From Octopus sinensis (Eukaryota), in the NCBI RefSeq assembly GCF_006345805.1, contig NC_042997.1, positions 163,122,001 through 163,186,000 on the forward strand: DNA of 64,000 nucleotides, given 5' to 3'. The notes below the pieces were generated by a model. That model was not told where the DNA came from. It saw only the letters and a list, made by a program, of their open reading frames with translations, and did not search any database. Both the position numbers and the translations under genes were made by a program. Shown here piece after piece: positions 48,701 to 63,400 of this stretch (positions within the stretch are counted from its first letter, which is position 1; the number at the start of each line of letters is the position of its first letter).

Positions 48701-51700
48701 ATTTACATGTATACCACATTTCAATTGGTTTGATCCCTCTGATCTCTGATCATTATCAGATTTTTTTTTTTCTTTAAGTTTATAACATAGTCCGAAACAG
48801 AAACTGAACTGGAAACCATTATATCTTAAATGAGGGCAATAAGATTCTTACACATTAAGCCACTGTTACAAGCAGCTTTTAAAATGCATACTTAGCAATC
48901 TTAGAGGTTGAATGTTTGGTATCAAGACAATTCTGATCAAAACTTATGTTAAAAGGCATTACAACCAGGCCCATCTCATCTTTTTTAGGGGTAAGTAGGA
49001 TTACATTATCCAAGGAGTCCTTCCTTTTTCTAAGACAGTATGGTTTGATTTAAGATAGATTTGGCTGCTGTTTCAATATGCTGAAACTCTCTCATTGGTT
49101 CAAACATTGTTTGAAGCCTCTGGCAATACTGAACATCAGACAAGTTGTCTCATAAAAACAATCAATAATTAACAGTATTTTCAATCAGTTCTTATCTAAC
49201 ACCAATATGTCGCAAAGATCTTAGAATATACAGCAAGAGTTTTCTGACAAAGCAATGCTTATATCATCAAAAACAATTAACTCTGAACTAATTGCAGATG
49301 CAATACACTGTTATCATAGCATTTACCCAGATGCTTGCTTATACACTAGCAACAAGGAACACAACATTCACATTTGTAAAGTAGCAAAAGGAAAATAGAT
49401 AGAACACATTTATGAACTATGGTTAAATACGCAAGATAGACTAACATACCGAGTAACTGATTAGTGAGTCAGTGTTCAATTTAAGATCTTGTGTTAATTA
49501 TATAGAACACAAGTAAGGGATTAGAAGTCAGTTCAAAATAAATTGCAGCTACTACAAGATATTTGCATCACCTCCACCTCACCATCAAGACAGTGTGTAA
49601 AGCTCACTTTTAGAACAGCTTTTCTCTTTCTTTCTCTCTCTCTCTCTCTTTGAAATTTTATTTGTTGGTAATGTCTTAGTACATTTAAAGATTTGAACAA
49701 CCACTTTGCAACCACATGACTCACAGTTCAACCTCACTGTTCATCACCTTGGGCAAGCACCTTCTACTTTAGCCTTGGGTTTGTTGACCAATATTTTGTG
49801 AGTAGAATTCAATGAGTGAAAACTGCAGACAAGCCCATTGTGTATCTTTCTTTCTTTCTCGCCTTTTCCCTATTTTTCCCTCTAACCAAGCCTCCAAAAA
49901 TTTCACCACACACACACACATGTATTCATACATATATGTACAAGCACATTTAGATAACAAAAGAACACTCTCTTCCAGATTTATATACACACACACGCGT
50001 ACGTACGTACGTACGTACGTATGTATGTATGTATGTGTATACATGTGTGTATATATAATTTAAAATACACAGTATTTAAATGTGAACAACTAATAGTTTC
50101 AGGATGTGGAAACAATAATTCGACAGATTTATATAACATCTCTCGTGTCTAACAACAATCTCTCAGATGTATATGTGAGCCTCACTGAGGAAATCACAAG
50201 GAACCAGATGTGGCAACTTGCTGTACTTGATAAGATGCATCAAGCTAAGAAAAATCACCATCTTCCATACACACAGGCTTATCCTTTCAGGTGCCAGTTC
50301 TACACACACACTCATATATATATCTTAGGAGCATTTCCTGGATGGACGCAAATAAATAATAATTTAAATTTAAGAGAAGTAACTGGAAAGAGGATAAATG
50401 CACACTATACACACTTTATGAACTCTACTTCAATGGTATTACTTTTGTTTTGATCCTGGTGATTCTGTACGTATGCATGCATAGGGGAAGTGTCACATTT
50501 ATGTTGCATCCATTTATGTCCCATTTCAGTATTTGGATACACAGGGATCAGTAAAATAAGTAGCCACATTGGAATAAGTAATGGGGTCAACATGATTGAC
50601 TACAACTCTTGCAGGTAGTGTCCTGACATGACCACAATCAAATGACTGAAACCAGTAACGGAATAAAAAAAAATTTACATAAATTTTGTGGATATCTAAC
50701 CATATTACAATTACAGCTATTATTAACTAGATTCTCACTGAGTCACTGAAAAAGCATCTATGTGGTCACTCAACCTGCAAAAAATAACATCTAAATTTCC
50801 CTCAAATCACCAAATCATACCTGACTGCTATGAAAAGAGGCTGATAATATAGTGCATCATCATTTTAACATCCACTTTTCCATGCTCATATGGGTCAGAC
50901 AAAACTTGTCGAGGCAGATTTTCTACAATTGGATGCCCTTCCTGTCACCAACCCTCACTTACTTCCAAGTAAGGTAATATTTTCCCCATGACCTAACATG
51001 TCTTGGAAGATTGGAAACTACTTAAATGACTGTGATGCTTGCTTACAACTATCATGCAATGGCAAAGCAAGGAGAGTGTCACATAGATACACAAACACTT
51101 GCCAAAGTTGCCACACAGCAGGATTGAACCCGAGACTAAGTGGGTAGAAAATTTCTTACCACACAGCCACAAATCGTCCAACCCATGCTAGCATGGAAAG
51201 CGGACGTTAAACGATGATGATGATGATATATATATTGTCAGAAAATAAGATGGAATGGTCATAGGTGGAATATAACTCAATAAGGGTGACCTGAGGCTTA
51301 GCAACCATGAACCAATGAAGGAGTAGCCATGTGGTTACTTGACCAACTAGAAAAAAAAAAAACAAATTTCAGATTATACCTTGTGTGATTTCAAACAAAA
51401 AACAAAAACAATACACTGATTAAAGTAATCCTAGATATACTCGGCCTAAAATGGATACTCAATGCTGAAACAGAGATGACCTACATTCCTACTTTTAAGG
51501 AAAGGTCAAGGCTGGAATATCTGCAGATTTTACTGGAGGCTACACAACAAACAAGAGTCTCTAGAAACAGTAGCTAAATTTCCCTCAAATGCTAAGAAAA
51601 AAAGGAAGAACATATTCAATAATGCAGTTCAAGATATATCGCTATTCCTGAACACAAATAGGGTTGGTCAAGGCTGGGAAGCCTTTGATCATAAGTCTAC

Positions 51701-54279
51701 TTGATTAGGGATGACTTGGGATTAAACAATTTAGATTACTATTTTTACTGGATGGTCACAACTGGAATGTCTATGAACTTAGGTCTACTGCCATTCAGAT
51801 CTGACAATAACAAACAAGATTTTTAATTTTTACTGGATGGTTGTAATGCCTTTGATTTTAGCTCTATCATTAAGACATAACTAGAGTCTTACATGACAGC
51901 TACTGGATTCCTACAAGCTTGGATGGAGACTTTTGATTATCTGATTCTAGCATAAACAATTCCACTCTAGTAAAATATGTACTTGGAACAGATATTGTAA
52001 ACAAAATCTCTCAGCTTGCAGTGCCAATTCTAGCATTAAATCACATTTGTGGCTTTTGTGAGATAACAATAAGACTCAAAGCTCATTGAATGAGAAGTGT
52101 CAAACAATATTCTAGGAACAATTAAAATATTTATGTCATTCAAAAACTTAATAGAGAAAATGTAGATTTGTTTCAATGCTGAGGACACACTATTTAGCTG
52201 TCTTCAGTGATATTATATTTATATAGCTAAACCAATTGAGTTAGTGAATATAATTGATATAATTAAGCCAAGAGATTTTATATTACTGGGTAAGATTTTG
52301 GAATTTTCATGTAAGAGTATTATTATGTAGAGATTTTGCCAAATAGCTTTCACTTAAAAAAGAAGGAAAAGAAATATTACATTGAAATCAATTCTGTTTC
52401 TCCCCATCTCGCTTCAACAGTCACACACACACAAACAAGCTACTTTATATGGTTGCTCAGCCTGCAAGAAATAATAGCTAAATCTCCTTAATATCACATA
52501 CCCTACCACCTTAAAATATCAATAGATTGGATAATATAGTCCTAGATATAATATTCGTTTGTTGAGCGCACTTGAAAGTCGTCTCGTGTTAATATACTGA
52601 CATTGAGGATGAACAGCTGAAATAAATGAATGTACTTGCTTAAAGAACTTCAAAAGTCTATCACCATTTTTTTTTTCTTTTTTTACCAGATTTTGGTCCT
52701 TCCTATCCTTCAGTAACTGGAAGAAGGATTATATTTCAGGACACACAAGCCTGACATAGATACTGCAAGGTATTTTGGCTGACATTCAGCCATCCCACCA
52801 AACCACAACTCTATTCATCTTATTTGAAAGGATGAAAGCAAGGTGGACATAAATGAGATTTAAACTCACAGCTGGAACAATTAATGCACGGTTTTCTGTC
52901 AAGAGCTCTGACAACTACCAAATCTTTCTCAAATCATACCCTACTATCTGAATATGTCTGAAACTAAATGGGTTCATCATAAATGGAATGCCTTTGAGCA
53001 TAGAGCTGCTTGATCAGGCTGACCGTAGACCTTTACAACAATACATGCAAACAAAAATACTTCATCAACAAACATCAAGAGTGCTGACTTTATCATACAG
53101 ATTGCATGATGCAAGAAGAGTACCAGTTAAGTAACATCAAATGCTGGACTCTGAATCCATAGACCCAACTCCCACTACCACCACTCCCCACCCCCTTAAA
53201 ATTTTGAACTTTTTCGAATTTTTTTTCCCTATGTTTTTAGATGACGGAGATTCTGAATATGCAAGAAACCATGTTTTCAAAATTTTAAATTCAATAAAGC
53301 ATATAGATATGTGTATAAAGAGATAGATAGATATGAATGTCTTCCTGGGGTTAAAAACAACAATAACACTTCTATAGGACTGCCACATTTAGTTGACAAA
53401 TATATTTTATAAATAAATGGACAGGGATAAATAGTCAGACAAATAAATAAATGGATGAAATAGTTCAAAATTTAAAATTGGGGGAGGGGGTGAAATTTGA
53501 GCCCCTTATTAAACATTAATGATTGTTTCTCAAAAAATGGAGTATATTTAATTTACATTAAATCATTATTTATGATTATTTAAGGCAAGCACATATAAAA
53601 TGCAAATTTTTTTTAGTTTAATGCTTTTTTCTGTATTTAATTTCAATTTGCATATGTTCGTCAATTCGCTACAATCTCTTTAAAGTAAACAAAATCAAAA
53701 ATTTAAGGTGGGGGTGAAATTTTAAAAATTGTTTTTTTTTTTGCATATTCGTAATATTCTAAAACATAGGAATCTGAAAATTCTTTTTTTATTTTTAAAT
53801 GCATTTTTCAAGGAGAGGTGCAAAACTGCATTAGCCCTGAATATTCAAGTCATTGATAGTGATCAGAAGACAGCTGTCTGTAAAAATCTGTTCTAACACA
53901 TAAAAATACCTAAATTTACAGATCTATTTAGCTCTAACATTGTGAATAACTTGTTATTAATTATGAGCTGGATTTATTTTTACATATGTTTATATATACC
54001 TAAACCATATTTGTCAGTGAATAAGATAGACTTTCATATAAGATGCACCCCTACGTTGCAAGGATATATTTTTGAAAGGAAAAAAATTTACACTTAGTAA
54101 CCTTTCTGTAATATGGTTGCATTAGATGCATGATAATTTTTTATTGCATTTAAGAATGAAAGAGTGTCTTGTACACTGGCATATACAGCATTCTGCTACA
54201 TCTCATCTGCTGTCCTCAATCATCAGTTATCTAAATACCTTACATTAAGTGTTCCTTGATCTAACACACTCCCATAAAC

Positions 54280-54495
54280 CAGCCAGGTTTAGAGCCTCTA
54301 CATGGCCACATAACTTGCAAGATATAACAACTAAATCTCCCTCAAATCCACCCAACAACCATAAAAGAACATTGGATAATGTAGTACTCAACATTATGCT
54401 ATATCTGAAAATAAGAGAGACTGGTTATGGCTGTAATATTTTTGAGCAATGGATCATTCAGCTTGATAAGAACCAGCCTAGGGCTAATGAACAAT
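54280..54495 (+). repeat. Representative of dispersed family D (~250 bp, more than 12 copies in the window)
   Basis: gagcctctac..cttgc..aaatctccctcaaatcac..cattggataatgtag..gggctaa; other copies near 34850, 38820, 43050, 48900, 51560, 52450, 57530, 59400, 60430, 60970, 61580 and 61850. Confidence 0.75.
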
Positions 54496-55136
54496 AACCA
54501 CTCCTTACAGATTTTATTATCTCAGAGAAGCAATTCCTCCATTGCTACAATCAAAACATACCAACTGAAAATCTTACATATCCATACCAGTTAGACACAC
54601 ACATACACACACAGGGGAAGGGGAAAGGAGAATTGGTAACAGAAAATGCTGCAAACATATCTCAGTCAAACCAGCATGAAAAATTGAATTTAAAATCAAT
54701 TATGCATCTGCACTTATACAACCATACAATACACATATATGTACAGAAACAGATATTGTCATATATATATATAAAATGCTAATGTACAGATACACATGCA
54801 CAGAAGTATATAATCTTTCATGCACATGTTTGAGACCACCTCACATATATAAACATAGATCTGTATATAGATACACATTGCATCTATTCATATTCCAATT
54901 CATTTATGCACACACACACTCATATATTTGTCCATGCAATTTAAACTGAAGGACAAATAACAGGTATTTAGAATACTATGTGTATTTCTGTTCATATTGT
55001 AAATATCCCCTTTGTTGTGAAATCAAAGTTTGAGTGTTACACACAGTATATGTAGAAAGCAAAACAAAGCACAAGACTGTTTATGCAATATTTAGCAACA
55101 ACGTCTTACATATATTTCATTAACGTAAGGTAATTA

Positions 55137-55520
55137 TCTCTCTCTATATAAACGGCAGTTTGTCTGTGCGTGTTTCTGTGTGTCTGTTTTCTCGTACCCT
55201 CACCCTGACCACGGCTTTCAACCGATTCTGATGAAACTTGACACACACATAGCCCAATGTCATAATTCAAAACTAACGCAGCGAAAATTTTGAAAAGTTC
55301 CCCCAGTTCTGAAAAAAATCGATAAATTCACATGGGGTCGAGAATAAAAAAAACAAACCACAGACTGTCTAGGGGACGCAACTCAACCTTTTATTACTCT
55401 CAAAAAAAAAATTTACCATCATTTTTTTTCCATTTTTTGCTATTTTTGGCTATAACTCTCTAAAAATGCTTTATAGTTATTTCCCTTACAAACCTGAGCA
55501 ACGCCGGGCGATACTGCTAG
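55137..55520 (+). mobile_element. Non-autonomous Helitron
   Basis: Inserted between A and T; 5' TC(tctctatata) start; 3' GC-rich gcaacgccgggcg then CTAG end. Confidence 0.85.
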
Positions 55521-55912
55521 TTAGTTATAAAATGCAAATTACATAACCAAGACTTATTGTCAAATCATCAGAGATGTGTAACATCATTAGATTGAAAGGT
55601 GACAGAATTCACCAATGTGAATATGGTTAGTAAGTATAGTAGAAGTGCTAGTAGGCAGACATTACTTTGGTGTCAGATGGCAGAAAATAACAGAAAAGGA
55701 GGTGCGCAGCAAACAGGAGGAACAAAGTTATCAGAATGACTCTGAAATAGATGTCTGGTCATTTTCTAACAGACCATTTTATTTTTGCTTCTTATCAGTT
55801 GTTTTTCTTTCACTTTCATTAAGCCTAGTCTGTCATAAAACTTGGTGAAAGGTATATGTTTGACTGTGCATCATAGATATATTTATCTTTGCACATGTAA
55901 ACATACACTCAT

Positions 55913-55944
<32 letters not shown>

Positions 55945-56544
55945 GATATATATATATATATATATATACATACACGCACACAAAGATGCAATTATATATA
56001 TATATTCACCAAAAGCCAACCACATGAGAATAGCCATTGAAAAACTGATAATGCTGGCAATGCCCCAGCATGACCACAGCTTTTGGGCTGAAATGCATAA
56101 AAGAATATGTTTGCCTGTACACACACACACTTTCTTAAAGTGCCATGCAGTGGAACTGAACCTCAGACCACAACACATAATGCCTCACTCTGACAGAACC
56201 ACCTTGAAAAGAGGTGATCGGTAGATTCACCAGAATATTAAATGGCTGAATGGTTAAGTTTACTTTGCAGTCATAAGGGTCCATTTTCAATCCCACTGTC
56301 TTTAACCGTACGACCTAAGCTGAGTAAAATTGGAGAGACAGAAATTGTGTCAAAGCCCATCAGATGCAACTATAATTTAAAGGTCCAGCCTTGTCACATC
56401 AAGTCAGGCTATTTCTGCCTGAGAATTACACTAAGGGAACATGTGCTATGGGATATTCAGCCACTTACATGTTAATTCAATGAGTAAGTAACCCACCTGA
56501 TCAAACAACTGACTAGTCACCAGTGAAACTGACAAAGATCCGTT

Positions 56545-56880
56545 AGATACATAAATCTTTATAATTCTTGTTTCAGTCACTGGACTGCAGCCAGCTGGGG
56601 TACCATCTTGAAGGGAAGGGTTTAGTCAAACAAATTGACATATTTCTTAAGCCTGTATTTAATCTATCGATCTTTTTTTACCAAAGTGCTAAGTTGCAAG
56701 GATGTAAACAAACCAACACCAGTTGTCAAATGGTGATGGGAAACAAATACATACACATATATACATATACATGCTTTCAGTTTCCGTCTACCAAATCTAT
56801 TCACAAGGATTTGATCAACCCAAGGCTATAGAAGAAGATACTTGCCCAAGGTGCCACAGAGTGGGACAGAACCAAGAACC
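56545..56880 (-). mobile_element. SINE family B copy
   Basis: Reverse: cttgcccaaggtgccacagagtgggacagaacc head, ttgtttcagtcactggactgc tail. Confidence 0.82.
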
Positions 56881-56977
56881 ACACACACACACACTTGCAT
56901 AAATACATATATTCACACAAACATATTTGAGAAAAGCACATGCATGAGAACTTATCTGTTATGCAAACATCACCTAC

Positions 56978-57060
56978 TGTACTTTTTGAGTGTCATCTTC
57001 ATACATCTCTGATATGACTTTTGAGCCTATGGGCAAGTATGATCACACCTTTTTTATAGA
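56978..57060 (-). other. Candidate exon 2 (5' UTR plus possible start codon: MYEDDTQKV or MKMTLKKY)
   Basis: Acceptor tttcctgttcag, donor ca|gtaggt; all three frames contain a stop, which lies upstream of the ATG in the two candidate frames. Confidence 0.45.
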
Positions 57061-59775
57061 CTGAACAGGAAACATGATTATTGGCAAAACGAGAAGAAGC
57101 ACACAGAAAGAGGAATGAATGTAAAAGGATGGGTGAAGAGAGAGGAGGAGGAGAAGAAGGGAAAGACTTCAGCTTGAGTCTTTTTTGGCTGCTTATCATT
57201 ATCTTGATGCTTATGTTAATGACTAAATGATGTCCGAAACATACACACTCACACAAACTCACTCTGCATAAATCAGAGCTTTGATAAATCTCTACCATCT
57301 GGAATACTGATATCATTGCCATAGTAATAAGCTGTGCATTTGATAAATTCATGAACTATGTTTAAATCGTCATCATTATCATCATCGTCATTGCTCTTAC
57401 ATCCTATTTTTTTCCTCCCCCTTCTACGTGGATTAGAGTGAGTTTGTAATGCAGTGATTCACTAAACATCTCAATACAAACACATGGAGCATTAATATAC
57501 CTTGACGATGTACAAAGGACCTGTTACATGCTCAATTTGCTAGAAATAGCAATCAAATCTTTCTCAAACCACACCTTACCATCATAAACATGGAAGGACA
57601 CATTAAATTATGAAGTCCTATATGCACTATGTCTGAAAAATATTTGATGGTCATGACTAGAATACTTTTTAGCATAGGTCTGAGAATAAACAATACGTCC
57701 TTTTGAAATATTTAATGGTAATTTCTAACTACTTAAACATGTGGGATCTGTACCTTCTCTTGGGATTCCATGGTGAACCCCATACTGCTAAAACTGAATC
57801 ACAAAGAACAAGAATTCTTGTTTGGAAACAGCAAATACTTTACCTCTAATCAGTTGTGTCACCTTCTACAAAACTCAAGTAAAACCCACACCAGAGTACT
57901 TCTCACATCTACAGAACATTTTCATTGCTGCTACACACACTAACATCCAAGCTCACAACCAAAAGTAGCCATCAACTTCCTTCTCCCTGCTTCTTCAAAC
58001 TGCACCATTGAACTAGCAAATTGCATGCCCTCTCCACTGGAATTATATTTACTGTGTCTCGGCTTCCAAACCTCATACTAAACATTTTAATCCTTCTTCT
58101 CCAGAACTCCTTTATTGTTCCAGTTTTGCCTCCAGACATCAACCTACAGAGATGTTCTCACAAATATTGGACAACCTGCAAATGTCATGGGCACTGCCCC
58201 ACCTTTTCTGACTATCTCCTCTCTCCTCTTTTTTAAACGTCCATTGTCCATGCCGGCATGGGTTGGACAGTTTGTCCAGAGCTAGCGAGCTGCACCAGGC
58301 TCCAATCTGATCTGTCAAGGTTTCTACAACTGGAAGCCCTTCTTAACACCAACCAGTTTACAGAGCACACTAGGTGCTTTTAGATAGCACTGCATAAGGA
58401 CTTTTACATGGTACCAGCACAAGTGCTTTTTTCATAGAGAGCAGTACTGGACTCTTGCAGGACAAGTCACTCATCTACAATTAACTTGCTCTGGACAAAT
58501 ATTTACTTGAACATAAGGCTGAAATCTTAAGCAGTTTTTTTTTTCAGGTTCTTTAGTGCTAAGATAGGAAACAGTATACCACACTTAGTATACTTATCTA
58601 TCGAAAGTCACATTTTCTATAGACTGCACCAGCAGAGGCTAAAAAGTCCCCTTTTCAATTTACTTAATCTGCTAGTATATATTCTAATGATTCCAACAAG
58701 ATAAAAGGCAAAACTGACAAGAGAATATGAAGATCGGAACCACAGCTACAAACTTGTTAATGACAAAAATCAATTATGATACCCTTATGTTTGCACCAAA
58801 CTACACAACTCTCTAATTAAAATAGCCACACTGTGATATCAACATATCTAAGAAAAAAACTGTTGTTGTTGTTTAACACCAAATAAGTCCTGTTTCAGCA
58901 AACCTCAGATCAAATGGTATTTCAAACATAACCAGACCATATAACCAGAAAATTATCTTATGCATCCTTCCCTTTTTATAAGGATTTCAAAAAGATTTAG
59001 TTGCTTCTTTTTTCTAGCAGGTTAAGAAACCTCATATGAGTATTTTTGTCAGTTTGTGTCTGAGAAAAATCTGTTGCATTGGAATTATTTCCAATTACAT
59101 CACCATCATCCTTTAATGTCCATTTTCCATGCTGGCACCTTCTCTAGAAAGTATGGAACTTAACATTCTCAGGAGTTGGTTAAACGGAATTTTAAATGTT
59201 TGTGTTTTCCCAACCTAATTCAGCTAGGGGGTTGAACATTACATTATTAAGGAAACCAACAGGGGGGAAAGTAGAACAGAGTGCACAAGCAGCTCACATA
59301 AAACTTCTCCCCACTGCCTTGCACTAATTACAAATATAGACAAATAGACAAATCGGCTAAGAACTCCCAACAAAGTATCCTAACCAGCTAAAAATGGCAG
59401 CAAAAATTCCCTCATATTTCTCTCTCTTAAAAAAAAAAGTAAGGATTTTATTGAATAATGTAGCCCAAGGTACACCGTATCCAAACAAGACAATAAAGCC
59501 ACTTTGGGAATACTTTTGATTAAGCCTGCTTGATCAGGGCAAAGCTGGTACTCAACAACAACCATAGACAAATACATTTATGTACAAATACACACACACA
59601 TTATATATGCATACATATGTATATACATATAACTACACACACACACACACACACACACACGACTATACATGCAAATGTACATACAAATATGAATATACAT
59701 GTACAGTAATAAAGACACACCTACATATATATGTATCTATACACCATTATGTACATGGAAGTATGTGTGTCTGCC

Positions 59776-59862
<87 letters not shown>

Positions 59863-60299
59863 CATACACACACACAATGTGATGGTGTGTATCGGATGAA
59901 TTTGCATGTGACTTCCACTCCAGCCAGAGACTGGTGGAGATAAGTGCAAACGGTTTCATAATATAATAGATGCATTTGAAAACAAATACAACTACACACC
60001 CATATAAGTGTACATAATTATGTCATACACAAATATTTATATATACATATATCCACCTCCCTCTCTTTTGCGTGCGGTATTTTATGTGTGCGTGCTCAAT
60101 ACACACTCACACATATATACACAATAATATAAATATATACATCTTTCTATATGAATTTTTGTAGGCCTATGTGCACATATATATACACACACACGTATGC
60201 GTATATATGTATATATTTACACAGCAAAATATATACATCTCTCTATGTATTTCAGTAGGCTTATGTGCACACACATATATATATACACAAACGTGTGTG

Positions 60300-60343
<44 letters not shown>

Positions 60344-60579
60344 CACAAACACTTATAAATATAATAAAGCACAATTTATGAAAAAATGCATGTAATTAGT
60401 AAATAACAAGAATGATTAAAACAAGTCGATAAGGGAGCCTCTACGAGGTCATTAAACCTGGTAATAGCAGCCAACACGTCCTCAAATCACATCCTATCAT
60501 CTTAAAAGGACAAAATTGGGCAACGTATACTATATATATATACATATTTGTGTATGTGTATATATACTCTCTCTCTCTA

Positions 60580-60592
60580 TATATATATATAT

Positions 60593-60682
<90 letters not shown>
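60580..60682 (+). repeat. (TA)n-(GA)n compound microsatellite
   Basis: Direct reading. Confidence 0.98.
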
Positions 60683-60685
<3 letters not shown>

Positions 60686-61529
60686 ACAAGTCAAACGAAG
60701 CCAACTACTAGCAAAACTTCGAAGTTACACAAAATTATTACACTTGTCTGTTCTACATCTTCAATTAAAACTCAGTCCTCAGATGTGGGGGGGGGTGTAT
60801 TTTAACCACACACACACACACAATTCCCTTAAAATACACCTTAAAAAGAAAGAACATAAGCAATGTTTAATCAATATTTAAAAAGATATGATGGTCACAG
60901 CTGAAACGCCTTCCTTTGATCAACATGGCTATGACGAGTCAACGAAGGATTTTTTTCGGCATTTATTTCTACTATAAGAAAAAGCAGCCAAATCGCCCTC
61001 AAATCTCACACTAATGTCGTTTTAAAAAAGGAAGGGAACATAAGTGAATGAAAACCTAGATACATGATGTGTAAAAAAAAAAAAGAGAGAGAGAGATGGT
61101 CACGGTTGGAATGTTCTTTGATCAGAGATTTGTTTGATCAGGGACACTATAGGGTTGAACAAAAATACACACATACACACAGACGGACGTATATACGAAT
61201 GCATGAAGTAAATACACATACATTATGTATATTAATTTAGTATTCATGCTTTGAAGAAGATTTCACGATGATGGCATGGGTTGGACGAGTCTGCAGTACA
61301 GCATCTCTCAACATGCGTCATGGCATCTGTGATATCCAACGTTTCTCACGTCTGACTTAATTACTTATCGAGTCTATCTGGGTCTGACACTGATGTAGTT
61401 GTGTGTTGAACACTGCATTATAGGATACAATTTATGTTTAAACATTCTTCGATAATCCATGCATATACCTCAGCTCGTATAACGTTCAACCGGTAATTTT
61501 GTATCGTAAGATGTATGGCAAAAATATGC

Positions 61530-61566
<37 letters not shown>

Positions 61567-63202
61567 CGAACGTAATGTAATGTTGCTGATTAAGCCCCAG
61601 GTTAGCGCGAATTAAACAGATATACGATCAAAAGTATTCCACGCATGGCCATCCAGCTCTTTTACTCAAACTACATTAATCTGTTTTTAAAACAGCAGGG
61701 ATTCATTTGAGGTAGAATTCGCGACTGTTTTTAGTAAGTCAAGCGACCAGGCTCCCTCCTTGGCTCGAACATAAAGTGTGTAAACACACGCGCACACACA
61801 ATAACATTCACATGATCAAATACATCTACATGTAAATAAGGATTGTTGATGTTTAGCCCCAGGTCAACCCGGATCGAGCAGAACTATGATTAAAGGCATT
61901 CCAGCTGTGACCATCCTATTATCTGTATCCTTCCTTTTTTTTCTTTTTTGTAGGATGGTAGGGTGTAATCTAAGAGAAATTGGCTGATATTTGCAGCAAC
62001 ATGAACAACTGCATAAACAGACATACGTCTCATTAATTTCTGTACTTCATTTGTCGGTAGAAAATTATTTGAAATGCAAATTTTAGAAAATAGAAGGGAA
62101 GAACGATGCTATGCATGTTTTCTGTAGATTATCTAAACAAGAAACAATTTCGTTTTTTTACAAAATAAAAGATATCATCTTCACTAACAGATACCTCCTT
62201 TATCAGTCGAACACTTAATTATTAATGTCAGGATATATAATTTATGTAATTTTAAGGAGAGGTTTGCTTTCTTTGTTTTGGAAGAGCGGGAGGGGGGGTT
62301 GCATTTTTGGCGGGGTGGGTAAATTGCTCAAATTCATTTAAATTCAGTACACCATCACCAATAATTGTTATTCAAAAAAGATACGAGGGTGAGGGACAGT
62401 ATATGATTAGATCTGATAACAGAAAATATGCCAAAAACATATGTATATTTTAATTTTGACCAGTATAGTCGCAGACTCTCGCTTCTCATTTTATGTGTAG
62501 GTGCTTTGTTACTACTTTAGTTTTTGTTGTTGTTTCTTATTCACCAAGTCTTTACGAAATATCGGCGGTGGGGGGGGGGAAGGAAACAAAATAAAGAACA
62601 CATAAAACCGATTCTTATATCATAATACAGATGTCAAGACAAAAGATTTTGCAAGGATAGAGTATAACATGTTTTAACAAGATAGGTTGGTTCTCACTTT
62701 AATCTGGCTCTAAACTTGAACCCTCTATATGTATATTATATTACGTGTGTGCGTGTGTGTGTGACAGAGAGAGAAAGACTTTCTGCTAGCTTGATGTGTC
62801 TAGCTGCAGCAGAATCACCTCCGTTAAAGGGAACCCTGTTTATCATACACAATTTGATATGGGAATAACTTTTTTTTTTTAAATATATACAAAAAATTTT
62901 TTTATGATTGATATTATACAGGGGAATAAAACGGATGACAGGATAATTTTAGATTACTTTTGCTTCTTTAAAAAAAATCTAACTACAAAGAATTTAGCAT
63001 GTAAGTTTTCTTTAAGGATAAATTTCTTTTGACTAGACAAAATTTGTGGAGGAAAGAATAACGCCGACTGCAATACTCGGTTATTACTGGTACTTATTTA
63101 TATTGTCCGTCTTGGAGGAGAGAGATGGAAGACCAAGTCCTATCTACTATAATAATTTAATAAGCATAATTAATCAAAACAGCCTCCAGTTCTTTCACTT
63201 AC

Positions 63203-63400
63203 CTATGTTGATGGTCATCAGTGAATCCGTGAGATGTTTTCACGTTAAGTAGATCCTCATTCGCAATAAGATAGTATTTTAGTCACCAGCTACTAATGTA
63301 TTTACTTAAGATACTGTTTTTCCTGTTCGTGTAAAAGCGGTGATAACCCTTTAACACTTCTCGTTAGCATCCAACAGACTTTCCAACTGCTGCTAGCTCG
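63203..63400 (-). other. Candidate first exon (5' boundary unknown)
   Basis: Consensus donor catag|gtaagtg at 63202; CpG-containing non-repetitive sequence; short uORF ATGAGGATCTACTTAACGTGA. Confidence 0.55.

Larger units (their letters stand above)
250..63400 (-). other. MEI1: Span of a multi-exon MEI1-like gene (meiotic DSB-formation factor, HEAT/ARM-like); model incomplete
   Basis: Minus-strand open frames bounded by GT/AG with mostly compatible phases. By-eye matches to recalled human MEI1 fall in colinear order: ILSQQLSLELFKGLLNGID~MLSGHFREKLFPLFLSILD; PVFGKCGSIY~PLFFSKCHTVY; FNSILYR~FAEILTR; FLKILDVFERKYQQG~FIRLTLELKARFCSG; VSIRFRENLYEL~VSAIRKFLEGIPDL; SLVFSILVDLL~SILLILLDLI; LRNLLL~LQNLLV; HGFRFGMQS~HGFFQQLQS. 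No database search was run. Confidence 0.65.

Noticed and set aside
53140-53820. Possible non-autonomous DNA element with inverted G/C boxes
   Set aside because: Ends, TSD and family could not be defined.
55600-55850. Coding-looking purine-rich stretch
   Set aside because: All frames close quickly on both strands and no consistent splice pair was found.
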